NCBI GenBank assembly: GCA_003427395.1
Contig: BFEA01000013.1
Coordinates: 6,745,038 to 6,809,037 of the forward strand
DNA length: 64,000 bases
Reading direction: 5' to 3'
Origin: Chara braunii
Taxonomy: Eukaryota; Plantae; Charophyceae
Positions 1 to 11,446 of this stretch are shown here, in pieces (within the stretch, counting starts at the first letter, position 1; each line of letters starts with the position of its first letter). The notes under the pieces are model-generated. The model did no database searches, had not been told where the DNA came from, and worked only from the letters and a program-made list of their open reading frames with translations. The position numbers and the translations under genes are program-made.

Positions 1-922
1 TTCTTTGAGCAACATTGAATCTTGATCGTATTCGGCAAACACACTCCCTCCCTTCACCTCCATCCAGCTCATATGCAGTTAGCCGGTTCGTCTCCCTCAC
101 CCTCGTCAGTACCCATCTGCCCCCNCAGATCTCGAGGTGGCCTGGCCCAACCTTCAAACAGTTATCAAGAAAGATTCTTGGCAGCTATACGTTAACNGCC
201 CCGGTTCTTTCCCGCTTTCCCTTCAGTTCCGTGGGTCAACTCNTTTCCGGCCACCTCGGCCTGATCGTTGNGCGGGGCAGTGCTCTCGTGTCGTGGTTTT
301 CCCGGTATCGCCAGAGGTCCGGTCTTCAAGGCTCTATCCAGGTTCACGTGCATCTCTCTTGGGCGCGAGGACAAGATCTCGCCTTCAACCCCAAANATCG
401 TGCAGGCCAGTCGAACGATTTTCATCGGCAANCCATACGANAGGCTGGTAACCCAGCGTCCTTAAGCCCTCGCATGTTCCACNTCCCCGCATCGTTGATC
501 CATCTCCCGCCCGACATNTGTGCCCCTGACAACCCAACTTCTGCTCGTAGTCACACCCCGTTCGTGGCTCTTGCTACCCCACTGCAGCTCATAGCCAATG
601 TCCGGTGCCTTTCCTCGAACTCTCCATCCTAGGATCTCGATGGCCCCAGTCAAAGACCTGCCGCATCCGCCCTTCCCCTGACTTAAAGCCTTGAGAATGC
701 CAATTTTTGTAGTCCGTGCGACCCCACCTGTGGCCGCTGTCCTTGTCGCCTCCTCCGGTCGTCGGAGGGTTAGTATCAGTCAAACAAACTCAAACCCCCC
801 TTGAAACCCTTCATGCATATGCAACCACATATCGAAACCATGCAAAAAATCAGACAGGGAAGGTAATTTCTCTTTCCTTTTCTTTAACGAAGATCCCCTT
901 GCTGGCAGGCAGCCGCCCAACA
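1..922 (-). repeat. 3' LTR of element A (partial, truncated by window start)
   Basis: Begins TGTTGGGCGGCTGCC on minus at 922. Ungapped reverse complement of 21512-22433 (position i maps to 22434-i); similarity stops exactly at the TG. Confidence 0.9.
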
Positions 923-944
923 ACCAGCCCACACCCCAATTCTC
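923..944 (-). promoter_or_regulatory. Putative polypurine tract of element A
   Basis: GAGAATTGGGGTGTGGGCTGGT directly before the 3' LTR TG; G-rich but imperfect. Confidence 0.4.
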
Positions 945-1291
945 GCCGTCCCCGACGAGCCTTTCCCCACAAAACCCCTTTTTCTTTGCCCCATGACCAA
1001 TGGTCATCCCATGGTTCATATTAACCCTCACCCCTCTTTCGTAAGATTCGGTTCTTCCCTTTGGTCTTCCTTTCTCGTGGACTTAACTTTTTGTTTTCCA
1101 TACTCTCACTTTTGGAATCACGACATATGTCTTTGCTTAACTATGGTACAACGTTCGCTTCGGGATTACGACACATGGCCTCTCTCGACACATGTTTCTA
1201 TAACTATGGTACATTTTTTCTAACAACCTCTCCTCACGATACAAGATTCCCTAACTAGGGTACATCACACCCCCTTCTCCACTAGGTGATT

Positions 1292-2720
1292 CTATATTCG
1301 TCTCCGCCTCCTCATCCTTTTCTCTCTCCTCTCTCTTTTTCGTTTTCTTTCTTCCCTCTCGCGTCTGTCTCTCAAGGCTTTTCTCGAAGCGCTCCTTCTT
1401 TCTCTCAACCTCCGTTTTCCTAATCGGTCAGTTTCTCCGTCGTCTTCCCTTGGCCGTTTCTTCCTTCTAGGGGTCTTTGGCAAGGGAGGTCTCCGAACCT
1501 TATACCCCCTCTTAGGCGGTCGCGAGGAGGCTCCTTGTTTTGAAGTCTCTCCCCTCTCGTGGGTGAGGGTTATTTCCGTGCCGACCACTTCCTTCCGCTT
1601 CCTCTTTGGTTCCTCTCTAAAGGTGCCCCGCCATCGGAAGAGTTTGAGGCGAACCCCCACGATAGGGTCCCGTAACTTGGTTCCGTCTAATTCGGCAAGG
1701 AGATATACCCCTCCATCCAATCTCTTTAGGACCCGGTACAGACCCATCCATCAGTTGGCTAGCTTCCTGCTCCAAGTCTTTTCCAGTAACGAGTCATACA
1801 TCAGGACTAGGTCTCTAGACCCTATCGGCTCTTTTCGGACTCTCAAATTCTTGTCCCACCTTTCCTTCCCCTTCGTCCTCTCCTTCTCAATGTTCTTTCC
1901 TGCCTCGGCAAGCCCCGCGTCCAGGTTTTCGGTTATTTGTTGTATCCTTGCCTCCAGTAGCTCAGTCTTCGTCATGTTGGTATTCCATGAGACACTCGTC
2001 CAGGTATCGACGTGAAGTTCGATGGGCAAGGGGCAATGTCTTCCGAACCAAAGGGTGTAAGGAGGATAACCAGTACTTGATTTGACCGTGATGTTGTCCG
2101 CCCAAACTGCATACCGCAAGTAGTTCGACCATTGTTCCGCGCGCCCCTTGCACCATTTTGCTAAAGCGTCCACGAGCGTTTAGTGCCCTCTCTCGACCGG
2201 GGAGTTGCTCTGTGGATGATAGGCGGTCGTGTAGGCCGCTTTTATCCCCGCCCTTTCTAATATCGATTTGACCTTTTGGCTCGAGAACTCGGATCCTCTA
2301 TCCATGACTATCTTCCCGACACACCAGTACCTGGCGATGTATTCTAAGAGAAAGTCACTCACCTCTTCGGTCGTCTTCTTCTTAATGATTTTTGCTTCCA
2401 CGAATCCAGTGAGATCGTCACGGATGTTGATTATGTACCGGAGTCCTCCGACCCCTTTTGGCATGGTTACTAGGTCAATGTGAACCTTCTCTCCTGGCAC
2501 GGTGGGGAGCGATGGAACCAGGGGTTCCTTGTAGCGGACCGTTGCTCTTTTTTGGCAGCCTCACAGGTCGAACAGTACCTTTCGAATCTCCGTACTGCCT
2601 GTCCCACCAATAGAGCCTACGGACTTTGTCAAAAGTGCCTTTCACCCCTCTATGTCCTCCGACGACCCTGTCGTGCAGCTCCTCTATGACTGCTTTCCTT
2701 TCTTCCGGATCGCAAAGCAC
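1292..2720 (-). pseudogene. Element A integrase (frameshifts and stops) with a very basic C-terminal tail
   Basis: HHCC-type ELHDRVVGGHRG...YWW; DDE core VHIDLV / VMDRGSEF / NSPVERGH; TGYPPYTLWFG; GPY-like GLYRV; K/R-rich tail; no chromodomain. Confidence 0.9.
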
Positions 2721-3600
2721 CCTCATGGGAATGGCAAACTTGGTAGGCCTCTTAAAGAGGTGTCCCCCTCGTAGGCAGTACCCGAGTGCCTCTCTCCTAA
2801 TCACCGCGGTGCCTTCCACCCGTCCCGCTAGGTATAATCCCATATCGCGGTACTTCCCATCGTAAAGGTTTGCCAGAAACGTCTCTGGCCCTCTTTCTTC
2901 CTCCCGGATGGTCACCCCCACTCGCGCCTTGTTAGAGGCCACTTGGGCCATCTCTCCCTTGGATATTGCTGCCCTGGCTTCCTCCAACTTCGGATAATCC
3001 TCCTCTTGGATCGGAAGTCGGGATTGTCCGTTGGCGATCTGATTTTTGGTCCTGGAGATCCTCTCGACCCTATAATCGTAGAGTCTAATATGGATCATCC
3101 ATCTAGCGATCGTCGGGTCGGTTAGCGAGAAGTTCTTTTGAAGGACAGCCGCTACCGCGGTTGGATCCACTCTCAGGAGGAAACGCCTCCCGTAGATATA
3201 GTGGCGGAAGGTCTTTAAGCAATGCAATACCCCCAGAACCTCTTTTTTGAACTGACTATAGTTTCTTTCGACGGGATTCAAGGCCCGACTTTCGAATCGG
3301 AGGGGTCTCTCTTTCCCGTTTGGATCCTTTTGCGACAGAAGTCCCCCTACGGAACAAGGAGCAGCGTCCGTAGAAACTATGAAAGGGCGGTTCCCCTCGT
3401 CCTCGAAGAACGGAACTCCTAGGACCTGCCCACCTTCGCGGAACTCCTCTTTAAGGACTTCCATTGCCGAGGCTTTCTCATCTCCCCAAATCCATCCCTC
3501 CGATTTTCTAAGCAGTCGTCTAAGAGGCTCCGCTTTCTCACTGTAGGCTCTTATAAAGATCCTCCAGTATCCCACCACCCCAAGAAATTGCCTAACCTCC
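2721..3600 (-). pseudogene. Element A RT connection / RNase H
   Basis: GYWRIFI, FIVSTDAA, ERPLRFESRALNPVERNYSQFKKE, FLLRVD, IARWMIHIRLYDY. Confidence 0.92.
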
Positions 3601-3623
3601 GTTATCGACTTTAGCGGTGACGG

Positions 3624-4700
3624 TCAGGTCATCAATTTCTTCAATTTCCCGGGATCGGGTCTCCGCCCATCCCTGTCACAAATGAAGCCCGATATCTTGA
3701 TTGACGACACTCCCCAGCGACTCTTAGTCCCACTCACCATAAGATTGGCGTCGTCTAATTTCACAAGGACGTCCCCGACATCCCTCATGTGGTCCACTAC
3801 GAACTTTCTCATCCCGGGGAAGACCTCCGTCTCGTCCCGTTCGACTGACCCTTTTATCGGGAAGTCATCAAGGAAGACCTCCACCTTCTCCGGTATGGAC
3901 TCCATGAGGACCGCAATCATGGCCCTTTGGAACACCGCCACGCCGTTCGTCCACCCCATTGGAACCACCATCATTTGGACCAGCCCTAGAGGCGTAGGCA
4001 TCGCGGTCATGTGCCTATCTCGATAGTCCAAGGGGATCTCATCATAGCCTGAGAAGAGATCGCAGATTGAGTATATTGAGCGACCTGCCGATCCTTCCGC
4101 AAGTAGGTCCGCCTCGGGTATGAACCCTACGTCCCTTATAGTGACCGCGTTGGTCCTTTGGAGGTTTTGAATCCACCTCAGTTTGTTGCTACCCCCTTTC
4201 CTCAGAAAGAACCATTTGTTGGAGTAGGCACTCTCGCAAGGCTTCGCGACGAAAGTCCTTATTTTTTCTTTAATAAAGGCCATGATCTTTTCTTTCTCCT
4301 TTTGAGCATACTTCCACTGGGGTCTATCTTTCCAAGGTACGTGAGGAATCGTGTGGATCCAGGTGGGCTTAGTGTACCTTGGGTCGATCCTCCCTCTTTC
4401 CGAGTCATCGAAGGCTATGGCCTTATCGCAGCCCCTTAGGGTCATTGCTACGAACTCCTCCTCTTTCTCCGTGAGGTTTCCATTCCCTATATCCATCTTG
4501 GCCAATCTATCAGCCGTAATTCTTTGTCCCTCGGTCTCCTTCCTTTTTCGGATGATATCGGCGATCTCCTCCTCCGATATCGAAGTTTCCCCCGTTCTAT
4601 CCCGGTTGACCGTGGCATGTTTTACTTTTTCCGCCACGGTTTTATGCTTCTTGATTCCGCTGGCTAGGGGGATTCCTCCAAAAACGACAGCCTCACGCAC
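3624..4700 (-). pseudogene. Element A reverse transcriptase
   Basis: SAYSNKWFFLRK, DLFSGYDEIPL, PMGWTNGVAVFQ, catalytic VFLDD. Confidence 0.95.
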
Positions 4701-5471
4701 CCACCGAACTCCTCCTCCTCGTCCTCCTTCTCATACCCCACCCCGTTGATCACAACCCTGCCTCCGACATCCTCGACCTCTAATCGGTCCCCCGGGGGTT
4801 CCTTATCAGTAAAGAGTGTTTCCTCTAGAAGGACTTGGCATACCCTTGACTGGGCCCCCTTCCGTCTAGGAATGTTGGTCTGGTTCCGCTCATCTTGTGC
4901 GTCCACGGTCTTTAAGACCACCTGGATTCCATTTGGACTTTGGATTGAGAGGGTCTGACTTCCATCGGGTAGGTCAACCGTGGTAACGTGAACCACGCTC
5001 AACCAAGTCCTTCCGAGGATCAACTCGGAGGAACACTTCTTTACCGAAAATATTGGGACCGAGGCCTCGACGCCCGCGACCTCGATCACGGGGTTGTGAC
5101 ACACCCCCTCTACCGGTTGTAGTTTGTTATCCGCTACGACCATTGACATCGACACCCCTCTATCTATTTCCAACCCAACTTCCGGGCAATGGGGTCTCTA
5201 CATACCGTGGATTCGGACTCATTTTCCACCAGAGCCCTCATCTTCTTCCACTCACCACTGCTTGGAGCTAGCCGCTCCCTAATACATAGAACTTTTTTCC
5301 CTCTTCGCTCGAGAAAAAGCTTACTGGCAGCTCCTCCACGGTGATCCGGGAGGACTGCACTTCTTCTTTGGCCGGACCATCCCCCGGAACCGTGGGTCCT
5401 CCGGCGAGCGGGACTCTCACTTTCTTCGTGATGCTTATGACTTCTTCCCTAGTGTTCTTGCTGGCCGCCAA
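4664..5471 (-). pseudogene. Element A aspartic protease region (disrupted)
   Basis: FYVLGSG...ALVENESE (decayed D[ST]G-type motif), then ELILGRTWL retropepsin C-terminal motif; stops and frameshifts. Confidence 0.8.
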
Positions 5472-5474
5472 GTA

Positions 5475-7571
5475 TTACAGAAGCGTGCACTGCATAGGCT
5501 GCATTAGGGTCCTCCGTAGGGGATCTACCGTGTCTATCTCATCCAAGGTGCATTTCATCTCGAACTTTCCCCCCCCCCTCTTCCTAGGTGATTTGGGTGA
5601 AGTGGGTTCCTCCTTCCTCTCTTCCGCACCTTTGGCGTCGACCATCGGTTGGTCGTCGTCGCCGCGCCTTCTTCCTCCATCTTCCGCCACGCTCTCCTTG
5701 CCCTTAGACGTCTCGGCCCCAACCTGGGTTCTCACCCTTAGGCAAGGCCCTTTCTTTTCAGGCTGGGTCTCAACGAACTTGATGCTCGACACCTGGGGTT
5801 CCCTAATGGACACCCCCCCTGCGGATTCTGTCATTTGTATATGGGACGAGTTGGAGGTACCCCCAACCTCGGTCTTCTTCCCCAGCCTTGCCTCCTGGAG
5901 GGCTATCCTCTTGTCCACATTCACCTTCATTGAGGGATAGAAGGAGACTGCTTCCCCATCATCTCCCCAAACTACCCACTTATTCTCGTTTAATTTCACT
6001 ACCCCCAACCTCAAGGCTTCTGTAAGGTAAGGGCACTCTCGTTTGATATGACCTTCCTCATTACAATAGACACACCCGCTTCGAGGCGGTGGGTTGTTCG
6101 AGCGGGGCGCGACTTGAGGTGGCGCTCCTGTCGCCGTGGGAGGCCCAGGAGGCGGTGGCGTTCTGGCCTGACTTACCTCCGATCGAGCACCCATGGCCCT
6201 AGGTTGGGGAGGGTCTCCCCATCTTCCATCCCTCGCATCCTTCCACCGGGAATTTCCCCACTCCGACGCTCGATTACCTCCGGCCTCTCGATCGGCCCTC
6301 CAACTCAGTTGATTGCCGGGTTCGTTCCTCCAACCCGGGGGTCCTCCTCCCCAACGCTGGGCGGGAGGCCCCGGAGGCTGCCTTTCGTTCCCACGAGGAC
6401 CGTCGCTCTTTTGCGAGCGCATACTCCGGAGTGCCATGTCCAGACTCTCCTTCATATATTCCCGTACGTCTACACCCCCTCCAGTGAAGACTACTTCGGC
6501 GACCCTTTCAAAATTAGCGGAGTCCCTAGGGGCCTTCTCGAGGACCTCCGAGTCCCTCCTCTTTTCTTCAGGCAGGTGCAGCATGAACATCACACACCTG
6601 TTGACTTCCGAAAGCATTCGTCTATCCACCAAGGCCTGGGACAAGCGTTTGAACCGTCGGGTAAAAGCCACCAGGCTTTCTTGTTCTCCTCTCGTCACCC
6701 GACGCAGCCCTTCTATCGTAGGGATCATGTCGTCACACGCAAAGATCCTCAGTAGGCTGCTTTTGAAGGTCTTCCACCTTCCATTAGACGGATATACGGC
6801 CCTGATGGCTTGGTCCAACTCGTGGTCAGAATGTTGTATGAAGTGGTCGATCCACTCTTTTTCCGAAATTTTTTTCCGATAGGCGTAACTTTCCCACTTT
6901 TCCACGAACCCGGTCACGTCCCTTCCGTTAAAGTAGAGCGACTCTAGTCCCAGGTTTACATCGTAATAAGGGACTCGGCGGTTGTAATATCGACGGAAGT
7001 ACGGTCCGTCGGCCGGCCCATCTGGCGCTGGATCGTAAGGTTTGTACCAGGAAGGGTCCAGATCTTCCATCCGGGGTCGATGTCTCGGAGGTCCCCATGG
7101 TTCCTCCTCCCTGCGACCCCCATAACCCGGGTCCTCGCGTTCCCAGTGCACGGACTCCGGGGCCCTGGCCCCCCTCCAGATATCTCTGGGTCCTCCCATA
7201 TTCCTGCCCACCGCCTCTTCTCGTACCCAAGCGGGACCGATCTCCCTGCTTGCCCATCTTCGCGGTCCTCCCCCAATCTCAATTGTCCGTCCGTCCCTAA
7301 GTTCCCTCCTCCTCGGGCCACCTTCCTCGCTCCTCCTTGGCGCCCAGCATCCAGCCCTGTCATGAGGGCACTCCTGCCCCTCGCTGATTCTCTCTTCCAC
7401 GTGGTCCGCCCATCGGGTTTTGACGGGGAACCCCCTCGTGGCTTCGGCCACCCTTTCTCTCATAGGGACACGTGGTTCCATTTCTCGGTGCAAACGCTCA
7501 TCCGAGCTTGTGCGTGGTTCCGTAGCTTTCTCTCCTATGGGTTCTTCCTGGCTTCTTAGGGCCCTGCCCAT
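5475..7571 (-). CDS. gag: Element A Gag (698-aa open segment; an upstream in-frame ATG at 7703 lies beyond two stops)
   Basis: YFNGRDVTGFVEKWE capsid-like region; zinc knuckle CVYCNEEGHIKREC; immediately upstream of PR. Confidence 0.9.
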   Translation of the reverse strand: MGRALRSQEEPIGEKATEPRTSSDERLHREMEPRVPMRERVAEATRGFPVKTRWADHVEERISEGQECPHDRAGCWAPRRSEEGGPRRRELRDGRTIEIGGGPRRWASREIGPAWVREEAVGRNMGGPRDIWRGARAPESVHWEREDPGYGGRREEEPWGPPRHRPRMEDLDPSWYKPYDPAPDGPADGPYFRRYYNRRVPYYDVNLGLESLYFNGRDVTGFVEKWESYAYRKKISEKEWIDHFIQHSDHELDQAIRAVYPSNGRWKTFKSSLLRIFACDDMIPTIEGLRRVTRGEQESLVAFTRRFKRLSQALVDRRMLSEVNRCVMFMLHLPEEKRRDSEVLEKAPRDSANFERVAEVVFTGGGVDVREYMKESLDMALRSMRSQKSDGPRGNERQPPGPPAQRWGGGPPGWRNEPGNQLSWRADREAGGNRASEWGNSRWKDARDGRWGDPPQPRAMGARSEVSQARTPPPPGPPTATGAPPQVAPRSNNPPPRSGCVYCNEEGHIKRECPYLTEALRLGVVKLNENKWVVWGDDGEAVSFYPSMKVNVDKRIALQEARLGKKTEVGGTSNSSHIQMTESAGGVSIREPQVSSIKFVETQPEKKGPCLRVRTQVGAETSKGKESVAEDGGRRRGDDDQPMVDAKGAEERKEEPTSPKSPRKRGGGKFEMKCTLDEIDTVDPLRRTLMQPMQCTLL

Positions 7572-7713
7572 AGCCTATACCCCTTCGGTCACTCCTTCGG
7601 TTGTCTTGCTCAATCTCGCCCCTAACTCGACGTCTTCCTCGGCTCACGCCATAGCGGTGGTCTTGGGAGATTGGGCTACCCCGTGCTCCACCACACTTTT
7701 CATGCACCAGTTC

Positions 7714-8570
7714 TCAGCCGCTCTCCTCACTAGAGTCACTCCCTTGGCTGGTCGTCCCACTACTCTCCTCCGAGCCTCTTCCTTCTTTACTCGATCCTTG
7801 TGTCTTACTATCCCCTTCGGACTCCTCGTTAGTCACCGTCCACCAAGAGTCCCGCAGTTTCTTCTCCTCGCTAGCGGCCAGCGCAAGATTGACAATCTCC
7901 AGGTCCGAAATGCCCCTAATCCCTTCTTGCGCGCACCGCCTAAGCAGGTCTCTATCCACCTCGCCGGCTTGTCCGGAGAATAGGGGTTTGATGAAATCAC
8001 CTACCAAAGCCCACCACTCAAAATCCGTGAGCTCTAGGGACTCCCAACACAGGATGAACAACTCGTGCCCCTTTTCTTCCCCCAGGGGGAATTTCTCAAT
8101 CACCGGTCCTCTAATTTGGACTCTCCTCACCGCTGCATCGTCAGGGTAGAGCAATCGGTAGACCCAAGCAGGGATCTTCCAGGTCCGGCTGTGGGCTGCC
8201 CGCGGGATCTCTAACCGTCCTCGGTATTCAATCCTTTCTATCTCTCGCCTTCCGGCCTCTCCTCCTCTCAACCTTCTCAGTCGGTCTCGGGTTCTCTCTG
8301 CGATACTCAGAGGGTCCTTTCCTTCTGCCAACTCCGTGGCAAAGAACTGCCTGTCGTCTGGAGACAAAAAGATCTCCGCCCTCCGCGTGTGGGTACCCTA
8401 TCTCGGAACTCTCGAAAAACGGACTAGTGTTTCCTGGCCGTATATTTTGAAGAATTCCATAGTGACCTCCCCTTCTTCCTCAACCCTAGGGAGGGTCACT
8501 CCATACCTAGTTCCCGTCTTCCAGGCCCTTTCCAAGGTTCCGATAGGGTCCCCCTATCGTACCTAATCAT
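7714..8570 (-). pseudogene. Accessory ORF beta-5 (unknown function; frameshift and stop near the 5' end)
   Basis: Starts MIRYDRG (compare beta-2 MILFDQG); RRAEIFLS and IPAWVYRLLYP...VRRV...HELFILCWES motifs shared with the other beta ORFs. Confidence 0.6.
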
Positions 8571-9055
8571 TGGCCGGCTCACCCTACTCGAGCCAATCTC
8601 TCCGCTGCCTCCACGAGCGAGTCCTCACACCTTCCTCGAGAGCCTTCGCCCTGCCCGAGAATCGTTCGATGCAATGTGTGCTCGGATTCACCCGACCTGT
8701 CCCAGAAGCGTGCCTCTACTAGGTGCACTCTGGCCTCGAGTGGGTTTCCAAGCCACTTCCTCAAACCTTCCCTCGACCTCTGACAGGGGTTCTCTCCACG
8801 TTCTAGAGAACCGCACTCCTCTTGCCCCCCTAATAGCGATTGAAAACCTCGCTAAGCGGCTAAGGTAGTCCAGAACCTCCTTTTCCACAGGGCCAGTCAC
8901 CGGACCTCGACGAGGAAGCTCTTCTCGGCCCTAACCTCTTGGTCCTCTCCAAGGCCTAGGCCGAGATTCGCTATTCCTACTACCTCGACTTCCGAGCCGT
9001 CGTCCTTTGTCTCCAACTCCCAATCTATCGAGCTCGAGGTATAGGTGGTTCTCAT
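8567..9055 (-). pseudogene. Accessory ORF gamma-2 (unknown function, frameshifted)
   Basis: ATG 9055 overlaps the gamma-1 stop (ATGA); MRTTYTSSSIDWELETKDDGSEVEVVGIANLG; fragments 8900-8688 and 8764-8579 lead to an ATGA at 8570. Confidence 0.4.
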
Positions 9056-9252
9056 GCGTCTCCTCCCCCGGAGAGTAGCTCCTCTTTTAAGTCATCTAGT
9101 ACCTTGACCACGACAGCCTCTAACAACTTGATCCTCCGCAAGGCTCTTGGCCTCGCCCTTCTTTCTTCTTCCCAGCAAAGGGCTAATATCCGATATAACT
9201 CTGCCCTAACCCTTTATAAACCCACTAGTTCACCGATGTCGGGCTCACTCAT
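9052..9252 (-). pseudogene. Accessory ORF gamma-1 (66 codons, one internal stop)
   Basis: MSEPDIGELVGL*RVRAELYRILALCWEEE...KVLDDLKEELLSGGGDA*; its start overlaps the beta-4 stop and its stop overlaps the gamma-2 start. Confidence 0.5.
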
Positions 9253-9991
9253 GCCTCAAATTCCTCCGTCGGCAAGCTATAGCTATCCGTATGAGATCCG
9301 ACGGGTCTAATCCTTCTAACCCTGCTTCACAGATTTTTCCCAGGTATCTCCAGGTGATGGTCGAGACCCTTACGTGTTGGCCCCAACCCTCAAAGGCNTA
9401 GCCCAGACCCTCTAATGATGACCAATTATCCTCGTATGGACTCTGAAGGCACCAGGTTAATAGGGAATGCAGGTCCGTCCTTGTGAACNGAAATTGGCTC
9501 AGNATCGCGATCCTAGGTCCTACCACCTTCCGAACTGCTTCCGAGGGATAAATCCGCTCAAGAATAAATNGAGGGACTCCGCCGGGGTCACTGTCGAAAA
9601 ACCTAGGTATCTCTTCCCAACCTGCGTAGGTCACTCGGCAGACCCTAGGGTATTCTTCTCGAGGACTCCCTTCTTCCATAAGCTTTTCTAAACGCTCTTG
9701 GATCGCCGGTGCGTCCACAAGCGGGTCCTCCCTTAATTTTAAATTGNGGACCACCTCCAGAAACCCTCCCTTAGAAAGGAACACTGTGGCCTCTCTGACT
9801 GCCAACCCTTCTCCGCTGCTCACCGTCGCCCGAACAAATACTCTCCCTCGGTGTATCTNTGCCACCTCCTTCCGAATGGCCCTTGTCGGGTCCCTCTGAC
9901 TTTCCTTGGGCAAGGAGACTTGGACAATTTCCCCCTCCTCACTCACAGGCTCTATGGAGGCCCAAAGAGTCTCGGGAACCCCCCTTATCAT
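9245..9991 (-). CDS. Accessory ORF beta-4 (248 aa, unknown function)
   Basis: Open frame with GRVFVRAT, REATVFLS, EEYPR, VPxFILERIYP...VRKVV...LHSLLTWC motifs; ATGA junction with beta-3. Confidence 0.7.
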   Translation of the reverse strand: MIRGVPETLWASIEPVSEEGEIVQVSLPKESQRDPTRAIRKEVAXIHRGRVFVRATVSSGEGLAVREATVFLSKGGFLEVVXNLKLREDPLVDAPAIQERLEKLMEEGSPREEYPRVCRVTYAGWEEIPRFFDSDPGGVPXFILERIYPSEAVRKVVGPRIAXLSQFXFTRTDLHSLLTWCLQSPYEDNWSSLEGLGXAFEGWGQHVRVSTITWRYLGKICEAGLEGLDPSDLIRIAIACRRRNLRHE

Positions 9992-10782
9992 CGGGCTTCG
10001 TACCCCCGCCGGTTAGCCACTTGCTCTTCCCTGAAGAGGCGGGCGTACGGGACGTCCACGACGTGAGCTCAGATCCCCTCAAACTCTCTTAATCTCTCAA
10101 GTATAGAGGACAGCTCCCCCCTCGGGGGAAACCCCGCGTCCACACACCGCGTATAGAGCCAGAATAACCCTGTCGTCCATACCCCAGAATCCCATGCGAC
10201 TTTAAGTACCGCTACCACCCTTTCCCCCGTGCGACTTTAAGTACCGCTACCACCGCGTATAGAGCCANAATAACCTTGTCGTCCATACCCCAGAATCCCG
10301 TCCTCCCCAGGAATGAGCGTACNAGGAATTGGGGCAGCTCCGCGTGGAGGACTCCGGACGCACGAGGGACCTCTCCAGGTTCGGTGAAGGACACCTGTGT
10401 CCACGACTCGAAGGTCCCCTCTTCGTAATCACCCAGTACCAGGCTGTTTGCTAACAACCTTGTGGACTCACGATACTCCGTANGGGCCTCTTGGCCTGTT
10501 ACTAATCCCCTCCACACTTCAGTCCACCTCGTTGAGGAAGATCGTAGCCCGAATCTCAAGGAAACGACCGAGGTCTGGCGGGCCTCCTCTTTGCACTCCT
10601 TCCTTCCAGGTGAGCCTGCGAGTTCGAACCCACACGTAGGCCCCTTCTCGGATGACTCCGCCTTTCTTAACGCTCATTCAATAAGGTGTCACGCGAGGGT
10701 CTCCCGGAATCAAGACTTTACCCGCGTCACTAGCCTCTACTGCCTCTACCACCCCGTTTTCACTGAGCACAAATCTCACCAT
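9988..10782 (-). pseudogene. Accessory ORF beta-3 (stops, frameshift and internal duplication)
   Basis: MVRFVLSENGVVEAVE..., GAYVWVR, RATIFLNE, LPQF, ALYAVCGRGVSPEGELSSILERL (compare beta-2 TLYTHCIDQGIPPRGKLWGIFRRL). Confidence 0.6.
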
Positions 10783-11446
10783 CTACCAACGCCGTTTTGA
10801 AAACCCACCGGCGGTATCTTTCCGGCGAGAGAGTAAAGGGTTCCTCTAGGGACCCCAATCTCCTAAAAATACCCCAAAGCTTCCCGCGTGGTGGGATACC
10901 CTGATCGATACAATGCGTGTACAGCGTCCACATGGCCCCAAAGGGTAATCCCAAACTCCTCCCTCTTTCCAGGAGTCTCACCACTCTTCCCTCACTCTCT
11001 CTTGAGAACACAAAGTTTGGGACCCACACGGTCACAGGGTAACTTGCCCTTGGGAGTTCACCTGCCCTGGCGAACCTCCCGGCTTTCAACGCCTCAAACT
11101 CGACCTCCTTTCGGACCCTATCTATCCACCTCCTCCTGACTTCTCGAGCCTCCCTGATTAACAAGTCCAGCCCACCCCCTTGGCCCAAGGCCAGGGTTAC
11201 GATAATCTTCGACCAAGCCTCCGACTTGACGAAGATNACCGAGGTGACTTTAAGCCGCANCTCCGCCGTTCTCTCCTCAGCCCCTTCCNATTCTATCCAC
11301 ACGAAATTACCTCCAGCCGTAATCTCCCCTCCTTCCAACCTTCTCCAATCGGGGATTCTCCCGTTGCTCGGAACCAGGCTACACACCCCTCGTTCTTCTA
11401 GAGGGGACTCGATGAACCTACCNACGCCCTGGTCAAATAGAATCAT
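10760..11446 (-). CDS. Accessory ORF beta-2 (228 aa, unknown function)
   Basis: Open frame; GNFVWIE, TSxIFVKSEAW, SYP...VPNFVFSR...RVVR...TLYTHC; ATG directly follows the beta-1 TGA. Confidence 0.7.
   Translation of the reverse strand: MILFDQGXGRFIESPLEERGVCSLVPSNGRIPDWRRLEGGEITAGGNFVWIEXEGAEERTAEXRLKVTSXIFVKSEAWSKIIVTLALGQGGGLDLLIREAREVRRRWIDRVRKEVEFEALKAGRFARAGELPRASYPVTVWVPNFVFSRESEGRVVRLLERGRSLGLPFGAMWTLYTHCIDQGIPPRGKLWGIFRRLGSLEEPFTLSPERYRRWVFKTALVDGEICAQ

Noticed and set aside
9055-9075. Shine-Dalgarno-like GGAGG upstream of array start codons, suggesting a prokaryotic operon
   Set aside because: The whole sense strand is G/A-rich, spacing is inconsistent among ORFs, and the array lies inside an LTR element
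10675-10680. TGAATG as another stop-start junction
   Set aside because: It is in frame with the upstream ATG at 10782, whose N-terminus matches the other beta ORFs, so it is more likely a premature stop
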